A DNA stretch of 64,000 nucleotides from NCBI GenBank assembly GCA_902780535.1, contig CACZFT010000009.1:10900-74899 (forward strand), in the 5' to 3' direction. The notes beneath the pieces are model-generated. The model saw nothing but the letters and a program-made list of their open reading frames with translations. It ran no database searches and was not told the origin of the DNA. Positions 52,908 through 60,095 of this stretch are shown here, in pieces. The translations under genes were made by a program, and so were the position numbers. The first letter of the stretch is position 1; each line of letters starts with the position of its first letter. The stretch is from an uncultured Selenomonas sp. (lineage in GTDB: Bacteria; Bacillota; Negativicutes; Selenomonadales; Selenomonadaceae).

Positions 52908-53897
52908 ATGGATAACATCATCATCTATAACACAGACGACGGCGCGGCCAGCGTCAAGCTCTATGCCAATGGTGGTACGGTCTGGCTCGCCCGCGCGGAA
53001 ATCGCGGCTCTCTTCCAGAAAGACCGCTCGACCATCTCAAAGCATATCAAGAACATCTTTGCCGAGGGCGAGCTGGATGAGACGAACAATGTGCATTTTT
53101 TGCACATTGATAATTCCAAGAAACCGGTCGCCTTCTACAGCCTTGACGTCATCCTCGCCGTCGGTTTCCGCATCCGCTCCCCGCGCGGCACACAGTTCCG
53201 CCGCTGGGCGAATACGACGCTCAGGGAATACTTGCAGAAAGGCTTCGTCATCGACGACGAGCGGCTGAAGAATCCAGATGGCCGCCCGGACTATTTCGAC
53301 GAGCTGCTCGCCCGCATCCGCGACATCCGAGCCAGCGAGAAGCGATTCTATCAGAAACTGCGTGACCTTTTCGCACTCTCCTCCGACTATGACAAGACAG
53401 ATCAGGCCACGCAGCTCTTCTTCGCTGAGGTGCAGAATAAGCTCATCTATGGCGTGACTGGCCAGACGGCCGCTGACCTCGTCATAGCGCGCGCCGATGC
53501 CTCAAAGCAGAACATGGCCCTGACTTCATGGAGCGGCAGCATCGTCCGAAAACGCGACATCATCATCGCGAAGAACTACCTCACCGCCGACGAAATTGAC
53601 ACGCTGAACCGCCTCGTCACCATCTTCCTAGAGAGCGCCGAGCTGCGCGTCAAGATGCGCAAAGACCTGACGCTTCCCTACTGGCGCGGCACCGTCGACA
53701 AGCTCCTCGAGGATCACGGCGTCCCCGCCCTCACTCATCGCGGCAGTCACTCCCACGATGAGATGGTCCGCTACGTCACCGACGTCTACGCCCGGTTTGA
53801 CGCCCGCCGCAAGAAGTCCGACGCCCGGCAAGCCGACGCCGACGATTTTGCCGCGCTCGAGCGCGAAGTCCCACAGATTGAACACCGCAAACAGTAA
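52908..53897 (+). CDS. RhuM-family protein
   Basis: 329 aa. VAFYSLDVILAVGFRIRSPRGTQFRRWANTTLREYLQKGFVIDDERLK is the conserved RhuM core. Confidence 0.8.
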   Translation: MDNIIIYNTDDGAASVKLYANGGTVWLARAEIAALFQKDRSTISKHIKNIFAEGELDETNNVHFLHIDNSKKPVAFYSLDVILAVGFRIRSPRGTQFRRWANTTLREYLQKGFVIDDERLKNPDGRPDYFDELLARIRDIRASEKRFYQKLRDLFALSSDYDKTDQATQLFFAEVQNKLIYGVTGQTAADLVIARADASKQNMALTSWSGSIVRKRDIIIAKNYLTADEIDTLNRLVTIFLESAELRVKMRKDLTLPYWRGTVDKLLEDHGVPALTHRGSHSHDEMVRYVTDVYARFDARRKKSDARQADADDFAALEREVPQIEHRKQ

Positions 53898-53924
53898 TCC
53901 TATTCCCACGCTCCCAGAGACTCG

Positions 53925-54007
53925 AAGCGGAAGACGCGGGAGCGTGATCTACACCGATCCCCGACTCTGGCAATCAAAAAAGCCGCCCGAGCGGCGGCAG
54001 TGAAAGG
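53925..54007. repeat. 83-bp direct repeat copy 2
   Basis: See copy 1. The two copies flank the RhuM gene. Confidence 0.85.
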
Positions 54008-54019
54008 GAGGATGTTATT

Positions 54020-54727
54020 TTGAGACGATCTTATATCAACTCTACTTCTTCAATCTTGAACCGGCCACCATTCAGTTCCCCTGCAATGATGGCCATCCTC
54101 ACGCAGGCCAACAGGACGGCCCAGCTTGGTACTGTCGCTTATCCGACTCCCGCTCAGTTATCTGCAATCACGAGCGTGCAGGAGCTGATTGAACCGATCT
54201 TGCGGGTGCAAGATCAGTTTGCTGGTGTGAGCACGGCGGCAGATTCTCTCGCAGAATGGGCGAATTCATTGCGGCAGGCCGCTGATCCGCTACAAGGCAT
54301 CCGTTCTGCCCTCTCAGCCATCGACAGCGAGCAGTTCCAAATCTTTTCCAGCGCAGTCTACGGGGCGCAAATTGCAACGGCAATCCAGCCGGCGCTACGA
54401 TACCTAAAACAGGAGCATCCGGATGTATATCAGGAAATCGCGCCGGCACCAAACACCCGCCCACGGAAGAAGACGCATATTCGACGTCGCGCGCTTGAAA
54501 GTGCTGAGCGGCTTGCCATCCAAGCCAACGTCTCGCTCATTCAGTTTGACGCCCAACTGAGGAATATGCCCTTAGGGAAACTATCGTTTTACCTGGCTAT
54601 CCTTGGCGAAATCAGTGATGCGGCGCCGGATGATATTGCACAGTCAATTCATATCCTTGTTGCCATCTTTATGATTTCGTTCGTAATAAGCAATAAAGGT
54701 TACAACCATGAGCACGAACCCGAGTAG
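54020..54727 (+). CDS. hypothetical cargo protein with C-terminal hydrophobic segment
   Basis: 235 aa. TTG start 9 nt after GGGAGG. No family recognised. Confidence 0.45.
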   Translation: MRRSYINSTSSILNRPPFSSPAMMAILTQANRTAQLGTVAYPTPAQLSAITSVQELIEPILRVQDQFAGVSTAADSLAEWANSLRQAADPLQGIRSALSAIDSEQFQIFSSAVYGAQIATAIQPALRYLKQEHPDVYQEIAPAPNTRPRKKTHIRRRALESAERLAIQANVSLIQFDAQLRNMPLGKLSFYLAILGEISDAAPDDIAQSIHILVAIFMISFVISNKGYNHEHEPE

Positions 54728-54829
54728 GTTGTAGGCTGTTTCCCCTACATCGGCAGACAGTTTCAATATTACTTCTATGTGTCGAAATCCTATAAAAATA
54801 ATGGTCAGATAAACCGCGATGTCGACCAT
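54644..54829 (-). CDS. 61-aa two-TM ORF convergent on and overlapping 54020-54727 (uncertain)
   Basis: MVDIAVYLTIIFIGF...LLGFVLMVVTFIAYY. RBS GGAGAGG. Overlaps the plus-strand ORF by 84 nt, so at most one reading of the overlap is likely real. Confidence 0.25.
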   Translation of the reverse strand: MVDIAVYLTIIFIGFRHIEVILKLSADVGETAYNLLGFVLMVVTFIAYYERNHKDGNKDMN

Positions 54830-54926
54830 GATTTGCACACCTCTCCCTCTTCGCGTTCCCCGTTCCTTTATCATGCCACATTCCCTTTCTCATAGTCCCA
54901 AAGCAAGCTATGTCCCCGACTAGCAA

Positions 54927-54945
54927 GACCGCCCGATAGGCGGTC
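54927..54945 (-). terminator. hairpin after the 257-aa membrane protein gene
   Basis: GACCGCC CGATA GGCGGTC, a 7-bp stem. Confidence 0.4.
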
Positions 54946-54971
54946 ATGAAAGGATGTGATTATGGTGATTA

Positions 54972-55745
54972 TCACAAATCAAAATCAACAACCAGAACGT
55001 CGTGATGGTTATCAGAGCCCGAACACTCCGCCGCGTCCGACTGCTCCACCCTCTCGCCCGCCGCAGGCTCCTTCGAAGCCTTCCCCCCGTCGCCGTTGAG
55101 CCATTCCGGCGGGTACTCTGTCTCGGTGATGATGATCCCGTTGGAAGCGTTGACATATGTCTGCACCGTGTTGTATAGGTACGAGCCCTTCTCCCCGTCT
55201 TTGACACGTTGCCATTCTTCTCGGTATTCCGGGTATTCTACGAGGGAGAGCTCCTCTCTTTCGTCTTGCGGATCGTTGCAGGCGTCAAAGAATCCCACGG
55301 CGATATCTTCCCCGTCTTTCCTGACGATGAGGAAGTGCGCTTCCCCGTCGTTGAACAGGTGGTGAAACAGGCTTCCGTCTTCCCAGCGGATATTCTTCCC
55401 GCGCGACGTGTTGATCGCGTTGCATTTCCTCAATATCCAGTCAGAGAGGAACAGCGACCATGCCGCGCCGGATATGATGCTCGTGGCAACAGAAACGGCA
55501 ACGAGTGCCGCGTAGAAGGATGGCGGCATCTCGCCGCCGGCGGCCTGCCGCATGGACACGCCGCCCGGCAGCCATATAAGGCTCGCGCTCATCGTGACAA
55601 GCACGCTCACGATGGTATAGGAGGCGTACGCAAGCGCCAACGATACGCCGGTTTTCTTCGTATGCGTCTTGCCTAGTTTCTCAGCCGTGTTGATGGCCAG
55701 GAATCCCGGCATCAGTGTCAGCACCGCCATGATGTATTTGTCCAT
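54972..55745 (-). CDS. hypothetical membrane protein (4 predicted TM) with soluble C-terminal domain
   Basis: Start at MDKYIMAVLTLMPGFLAINT (55745). Hydrophobic N-terminal half, acidic C-terminal half. No family recognised. Confidence 0.5.
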   Translation of the reverse strand: MDKYIMAVLTLMPGFLAINTAEKLGKTHTKKTGVSLALAYASYTIVSVLVTMSASLIWLPGGVSMRQAAGGEMPPSFYAALVAVSVATSIISGAAWSLFLSDWILRKCNAINTSRGKNIRWEDGSLFHHLFNDGEAHFLIVRKDGEDIAVGFFDACNDPQDEREELSLVEYPEYREEWQRVKDGEKGSYLYNTVQTYVNASNGIIITETEYPPEWLNGDGGKASKEPAAGERVEQSDAAECSGSDNHHDVLVVDFDL

Positions 55746-55802
55746 GTTATCATCTCCTCGCCGATTCCCGCTATTTTCTCTATCATACCACATTCCCGCC
55801 CC

Positions 55803-55833
55803 CTGGCAAACAAAAAGCCGCCCGAGCGGCGGC
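55803..55833 (-). terminator. third copy of the hairpin element, terminator of the hic operon
   Basis: CTGGCAAACAAAAAGCCGCCCGAGCGGCGGC. On the minus strand the hairpin is followed by TTTTTGTTTG, directly after the hicB stop. Confidence 0.6.
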
Positions 55834-55851
55834 TTAAAGTGCATGATGTAA

Positions 55852-56304
55852 TCACGATACAGATTCTATTTTTTCGACGATCAGGCGCTGCACCCATTCC
55901 GGCGGCATGCGGCGGCCGGCATTCCAATCTTGAACCGTGCGATACGGAGCGCCGAGGAGTTCCGCGAGCTTCTTGATGTTAAGACTTGCTTTTTCCCTGG
56001 CGTACTTGATGGGGTTGTTTTCCCGATCCATCACGTCCTGATACGCTACAGTGTCAGCGGCTACCAGCGTAACGATATCGTCAGGCTTTCCTTTCTTCAC
56101 GGCGTCCATCGCCGATGCCGCAGGGATCGCCTCGCCCTCGTGTTCCGCAGACCAGAGCATCAGGTTTAGGGCGTCCGCCGCATTTTCAAGCGCTTCCGGC
56201 AGGGTTGCTCCATCTGTAAAACAGTTTTCCAGATCCGGGAATGCGACGTAGTACGTTTTATCCTCCTCGCTCCAAGAGATAAGGGCCGGATATGCGTATT
56301 TCAT
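55852..56304 (-). CDS. hicB: HicB-family antitoxin with C-terminal XRE-type HTH
   Basis: 150 aa. MKYAYPALISWSEEDKTYYVAFPDL...ALENAADAL HicB fold pattern plus the KKLAELLGAPYRTVQDWNAGRR HTH. Confidence 0.75.
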   Translation of the reverse strand: MKYAYPALISWSEEDKTYYVAFPDLENCFTDGATLPEALENAADALNLMLWSAEHEGEAIPAASAMDAVKKGKPDDIVTLVAADTVAYQDVMDRENNPIKYAREKASLNIKKLAELLGAPYRTVQDWNAGRRMPPEWVQRLIVEKIESVS

Positions 56305-56333
56305 GATGATTCCTCCTGAGCGGCGGCTTTAAA

Positions 56334-56729
56334 TCACTGTGCGATATTCAGCTCTCTGCAGATGGCGTTCTGCAGGACGTTCGAGAAATTCAGATTGTGC
56401 TCCCGTGCCAAGCTGTCCATCCATGCGGGGATAGATACGCTCTTGCGAATAGCTCTTGTGTCAACTTTCTTGCTGTATGCGAGCGTATCTGCGCGGACGA
56501 GCGCTACCATTGAGCCTTTCGGCACGTCGAGCGATACAATCGGCGTCGGCGGTTTGATATTCATGTGTTTTTCTTCCATCGTGAGGAGCATCAGATTGAG
56601 CACGTCATCAGCATTTTCGAGCGCCTCTTCCATCGTGGCTCCATCCGTCCGCGCTCCCTCTACATCCGGAAAGGAAACGATGATTCCATCGTCTTCCTGC
56701 GTTAAAATGGCCGGATATACGTATTTCAT
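56334..56729 (-). CDS. hicB: HicB-family antitoxin with C-terminal ribbon-helix-helix-like tail
   Basis: 131 aa. MKYVYPAILTQEDDGIIVSFPDV...ALENADDVL plus KSVSIPAWMDSLAREHNLNFSNVLQNAI. Confidence 0.75.
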   Translation of the reverse strand: MKYVYPAILTQEDDGIIVSFPDVEGARTDGATMEEALENADDVLNLMLLTMEEKHMNIKPPTPIVSLDVPKGSMVALVRADTLAYSKKVDTRAIRKSVSIPAWMDSLAREHNLNFSNVLQNAICRELNIAQ

Positions 56730-56794
56730 AACAGCATTCTCCTCTGTCTTTACTTATAGTAACACAGCCAAGGGGATTGCTCCCCCCTGCTGTG

Positions 56795-56986
56795 TTACTT
56801 CATCCGGATTCCTGCATCTTTTAGAATCCCCTTGAGGGTTCCCGTCCGTACCTCCTCTTTGGCGTGACGTCCAACCGAGAACAGCTTCCCCGTGATGGGG
56901 CTTTGGTAGATGTCATGGTTTGCGCCGTTCCTTACCAAGTAGCACCCGTTCTTCTTGAGCAATCGTATGAGTTCGGCGGTTGTCAT
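56795..56986 (-). CDS. hicA: HicA-family mRNA interferase toxin
   Basis: 63 aa. ELIRLLKKNGCYLVRNGANHDIYQSP...GRHAKEEVRTGTLKGILKDAGI is the classic HicA pattern. Confidence 0.8.
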   Translation of the reverse strand: MTTAELIRLLKKNGCYLVRNGANHDIYQSPITGKLFSVGRHAKEEVRTGTLKGILKDAGIRMK

Positions 56987-57004
56987 CTCATCACCTCTAG
57001 TATT

Positions 57005-57059
57005 ATTTTACATAATATTACACAATTTGTCAACTGTTTTATGTAATATTATGTAATAT
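57005..57059 (-). promoter_or_regulatory. hicA promoter (TTGACA-17-TAAAAT) overlapped by TGTAATAT(T) operator-like repeats
   Basis: -35 at 57028-57033 and -10 at 57005-57010 on the minus strand. Inverted repeat ACATAATATTAC (57010-57021) / GTAATATTATGT (57043-57054). Tandem ATGTAATAT at 57041 and 57051. Confidence 0.55.
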
Positions 57060-57186
57060 CTCCATATCCCAGCCGTATGAACTTCTCCAACCATCCTGAC
57101 GCACGCATCGGCGTGCGCGCGGCCGCCCGCGGCTCTGCTACAATGAGCATAGATACATCTGCCAGTCTCCGAGAGGAGGCAGCTCT

Positions 57187-58820
57187 ATGCCAAGAGCACA
57201 AAAGGCGGCGATTTACTGCCGCGTGTCCACGCTTCATCAGGTGGACAGGGATTCCCTGCCAATGCAGCGGCAGGATATGATAAACTACGCGAAGTACGTC
57301 CTCGGTATCGAGGAGTATGAGGTGTTCGAGGATGCCGGGTATTCCGGCAAGAATACCGATCGCCCGGCGTTCCAGGCGATGATGGAGCGCATCGAGTCCG
57401 GCGAGTTCTCGCATGTGCTGGTCTGGAAGATCGACCGCATCAGCCGCAATCTGCTGGATTTCGCGACGATGTACGCGCGGTGCAAGAAGCTCGGCGTGAC
57501 GTTTGTCAGCAAGAACGAGCAGTTCGATACGTCCACGGCGATGGGCGAGGCCATGCTCAAGATCATCCTCGTCTTTGCCGAGCTGGAGCGCAATATGACG
57601 AGCGAGCGCGTGCTTACCGCTACGACCGCGAGACGGATTCTTTCTCCATCCGCGATGATGAGGCGAAGGTTGCCCTGGAGCTCAAGGATATCTATCTGCG
57701 CACGCATTCCCTCACCTATACGGCCCGCCTGCTCAACGAAGCAGGCAGGCGCACGCGGCGCGGTTATGCATGGACGCCAGCCACCGTGGCCATCATCCTG
57801 CGCAGCCCCTTCTATCGAGGCACCTATCGCTACAACTACCGTGACGAGTCAGACACGACCTTTAGCTTCAAGGGGCAGCAAGACTGGATCCTGTGTGAGA
57901 AGCATCATCCGCCGCTTTTTTCTGATGCTGACTGTAAGCAGATTGATTTCTGGCTGAAAAAGAACCGCCGTCAGCACGGCAAGGCCACCCACACGCAGAG
58001 GAAGCTCGTGCATATCTTCGCGGGGCTGATCCGGTGCGGTGCCTGCGGGAGCAACTATATCGCCTCGATCTCCCGCGCCCGCGCTTCCGGGTATCGCCCC
58101 TCCATGTATCTTTGCGGGGGACGCCGCCGGAGCGGTACATGTAAGAATCGTTTCGTCAACGATATACTCGTTGGCAACTTTGTTTTCAACTATATCAGCA
58201 ACATGATCCGCCTGCGCTCTGCCTTCCGTCCGCGCTGGACAGCGGCGCGGATCCAGAAGTTTCTCCTAGAAGGTGACGTTTTTGCGGGTGTCGCCCCATC
58301 AACCGATACCGTCCGGCGTGTGCGGGCCGTCTTGCTCGCCAGCGGCAGCGGGACCGTCAAATATCAGCCGTCCGGCGAAGCGCGTGTCAGTACGGCGGCG
58401 CAGGCCCGCAAGAAGAACCTGCAGGCAGAACTCGAGAAGAACCGCCGCGCGCTGTCCCGCCTCATGCATCTCTTTCTCTACGCCGAGGAGGAGATGTCGC
58501 AGGTCGATTTCCTGCGCGAGAAACACCGCCTGCACGATAACATCACGCGCCTGCAGGGCGATATAGAGAAGGAGCAACAGGCTTCCATCTTCGCCAGCTC
58601 ACTCACGGACGAGGAGTTCCTTCAGAAAGCCGCCCGCCTGTTGTTCCAGGACGCCATGGCGCACGGCAATATTGATTTCCCCACGCTCGCTATGCGTGTC
58701 GGCAATCTTGAGCTCAAGAAATTCGTCAACGCCGTCGTCGAGCAGATCGTCGTGCTCGATGGCCACATCACGCAGATCACCTTCGCCAATGGTGAGACGC
58801 ACACCTTCCTCTACCAATAA
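57187..58820 (+). pseudogene. large serine recombinase (phage integrase), reading frame broken near 57600-57615
   Basis: The catalytic domain (AAIYCRVSTLHQ...VWKIDRISRN...FAELERNMTSERV) is in frame 1. The recombinase and zinc-ribbon domains (YRYDRETDSF...RCGACGSNY...) are in another frame (track ORF 57480-58820). There is no room for the roughly 20-aa linker normally found between these blocks. Confidence 0.7.
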
Positions 58821-58824
58821 AAAA

Positions 58825-58845
58825 GGCCTCCCGCGCAGGGAGGCC
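58825..58845. terminator. bidirectional hairpin terminator
   Basis: GGCCTCCC GCGCA GGGAGGCC, an 8-bp stem with an A-run on the left and T-rich sequence on the right. Confidence 0.6.
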
Positions 58846-58857
58846 TTTCCTATAGTC

Positions 58858-58980
58858 TTATTCTTCTTTCTGCTTGGCCGCTTCGCGATGGCGATCCAGC
58901 TCCTCGAGCTCTGCAACTTCCTTGTCTCGCTCCTCGTCGGGTTGTTTAGCTAAGCAGTACATTGCATCCCGCATCTTCAT
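58858..58980 (-). CDS. 40-aa charged small ORF (uncertain)
   Basis: MKMRDAMYCLAKQPDEERDKEVAELEELDRHREAAKQKEE. Weak RBS. Followed by the 58825-58845 terminator. Confidence 0.25.
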   Translation of the reverse strand: MKMRDAMYCLAKQPDEERDKEVAELEELDRHREAAKQKEE

Positions 58981-59131
58981 TTCCGTTCCAGTCTAGCAGA
59001 GCTGCATGAAAATTTATCGACAAAACGCAAATTCCGTTTTCTTCCCCATAAATAGCAAAATGCCAGCATCTGTGCTATACTTTCCATAGAGTAGCTGATG
59101 TGTCAACGCTCCCTCGCCGGGAGGTGATACC

Positions 59132-59215
59132 ATGACGCCTTATGAAAAGCTCGCACTATTGCTGGCATTTCTGCAAGTGCTGATTGGCATTCTGCAATTG
59201 CTGAGGAATCGGTAA
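59132..59215 (+). CDS. 27-aa Hol-Tox-like hydrophobic peptide (type I toxin candidate)
   Basis: Extended -10 TGcTATACT upstream, GGGAGGTGA RBS. Translation MTPYEKLALLLAFLQVLIGILQLLRNR matches the M..YE.L.L...F..L consensus I recall for holin-like toxins. Confidence 0.45.
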   Translation: MTPYEKLALLLAFLQVLIGILQLLRNR

Positions 59216-59373
59216 GCTTCCTCACATTGCGCCTGACTGAAAAGGGGTGATGCGACATGGTCAACGGCAGTCCCTTTTCACAGAATGACTTTGAGAGAGG
59301 GCTGACGCCACCAACATCAGCTGCTCTTTCTACGTATGATGATACCACATCCAGCCGTTTTTTTCAACGAAAA

Positions 59374-59395
59374 GCCTCGGGCACGCGCCCGAGGC
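59374..59395. terminator. bidirectional terminator (usp / toxin locus)
   Basis: GCCTCGGGC ACGC GCCCGAGGC, a 9-bp stem. On the minus strand it is followed by TTTTCGTTG. Confidence 0.6.
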
Positions 59396-59401
59396 TCTTC
59401 T

Positions 59402-59941
59402 TCATTCATTCCCCAAAAAGTCGTCTTCCTCTTCCCAGTCATCCGGCATGCCCTTGCAGAGCAGCACGGGGCAGGGCGCGTGGGCGAGGACGAAGCTCGA
59501 CACGCTGCCGGTCAGGATGCCGCCGAGCGTGCCGAGGCCGCGCGAGCCCATGACGATGAGGTCGCTCTCCTCCTCCGTCGCCACATCCACGATGATGTCT
59601 CGCGCATCGCCGACTTCCACGCGCGTGTGCGCGCGAATCTCCGGCGGGATGACATGCATGAGGTCGGCGAGGAACTTGTACGCCGCGACCTGCAGCTCCG
59701 CCGGCACATACCCGCCGAGGCTCACCTGTTCGAACGCGGCGACCTCCTTGTTGTAGTCCACGGCCATCAAAAGCGTCAGCTCCGCCCCCGTCACGGCCGC
59801 AAGATGAATCGCCTGCCCCACCGCTCGGAACGCCTGCCCCGACCCATCCGTCGGCACGAGGATCCGGTCGCAGTGGATCTCCTGCGGATTGCGCTTCTTG
59901 ATTTCCTCGATAATATCCGCCGTATCTTTCACGTAAATCAA
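59402..59941 (-). CDS. universal stress protein (UspA family)
   Basis: 179 aa. ILVPTDGS...LIVMGSRGLGTLGGILTGSVS motif. Confidence 0.8.
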   Translation of the reverse strand: MIYVKDTADIIEEIKKRNPQEIHCDRILVPTDGSGQAFRAVGQAIHLAAVTGAELTLLMAVDYNKEVAAFEQVSLGGYVPAELQVAAYKFLADLMHVIPPEIRAHTRVEVGDARDIIVDVATEEESDLIVMGSRGLGTLGGILTGSVSSFVLAHAPCPVLLCKGMPDDWEEEDDFLGNE

Positions 59942-59983
59942 CCTTCCTATCCCCGAGATTCAGCTTCGCGAGCACCAGCCGCT

Positions 59984-60095
59984 CTTCGAGCGGCATGGGG
60001 ACATCGATAAAGAATCCGTTTGAATGACCGAAGGGAATGGTCCGGATTCTGTTCGATGCCCCCATGCCGCCGGACACGCACCACCTCCGCGACGC
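59984..60095 (-). repeat. structured intergenic repeat, copy A (long imperfect hairpin abutting the ABC-2 gene stop)
   Basis: Aligns with 61419-61531. Nested stems GCGGCATGGGG.CATCGA/TCGATG.CCCCATGCCGC, AGAATCCG/CGGATTCT and GACC/GGTC. Confidence 0.7.

Larger units (their letters stand above)
14800..58850. mobile_element. integrated prophage (~44 kb): lambda-like head/packaging, P2/Mu-like contractile tail, DGR, cargo island, serine recombinase
   Basis: Uninterrupted phage gene order from the lysis/moron end (14.9 kb) to the serine recombinase (58.8 kb), flanked by housekeeping genes. Exact att junctions not identified; boundaries are approximate. Confidence 0.75.

Noticed and set aside
14897-59030. 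GACAAAA(T/C)GCA(G/A)A similarity between the two prophage ends as the att core
   Set aside because: This is only about 11 of 13 nt, found by eye in AT-rich DNA. It is too weak to call without an empty-site comparison.
59257-59553. 98-aa plus-strand ORF (MVNGSPFSQNDFERG...)
   Set aside because: It runs through the 59374-59395 terminator and is antisense to the usp gene. It has no stop before the predicted transcript end and an unremarkable composition.
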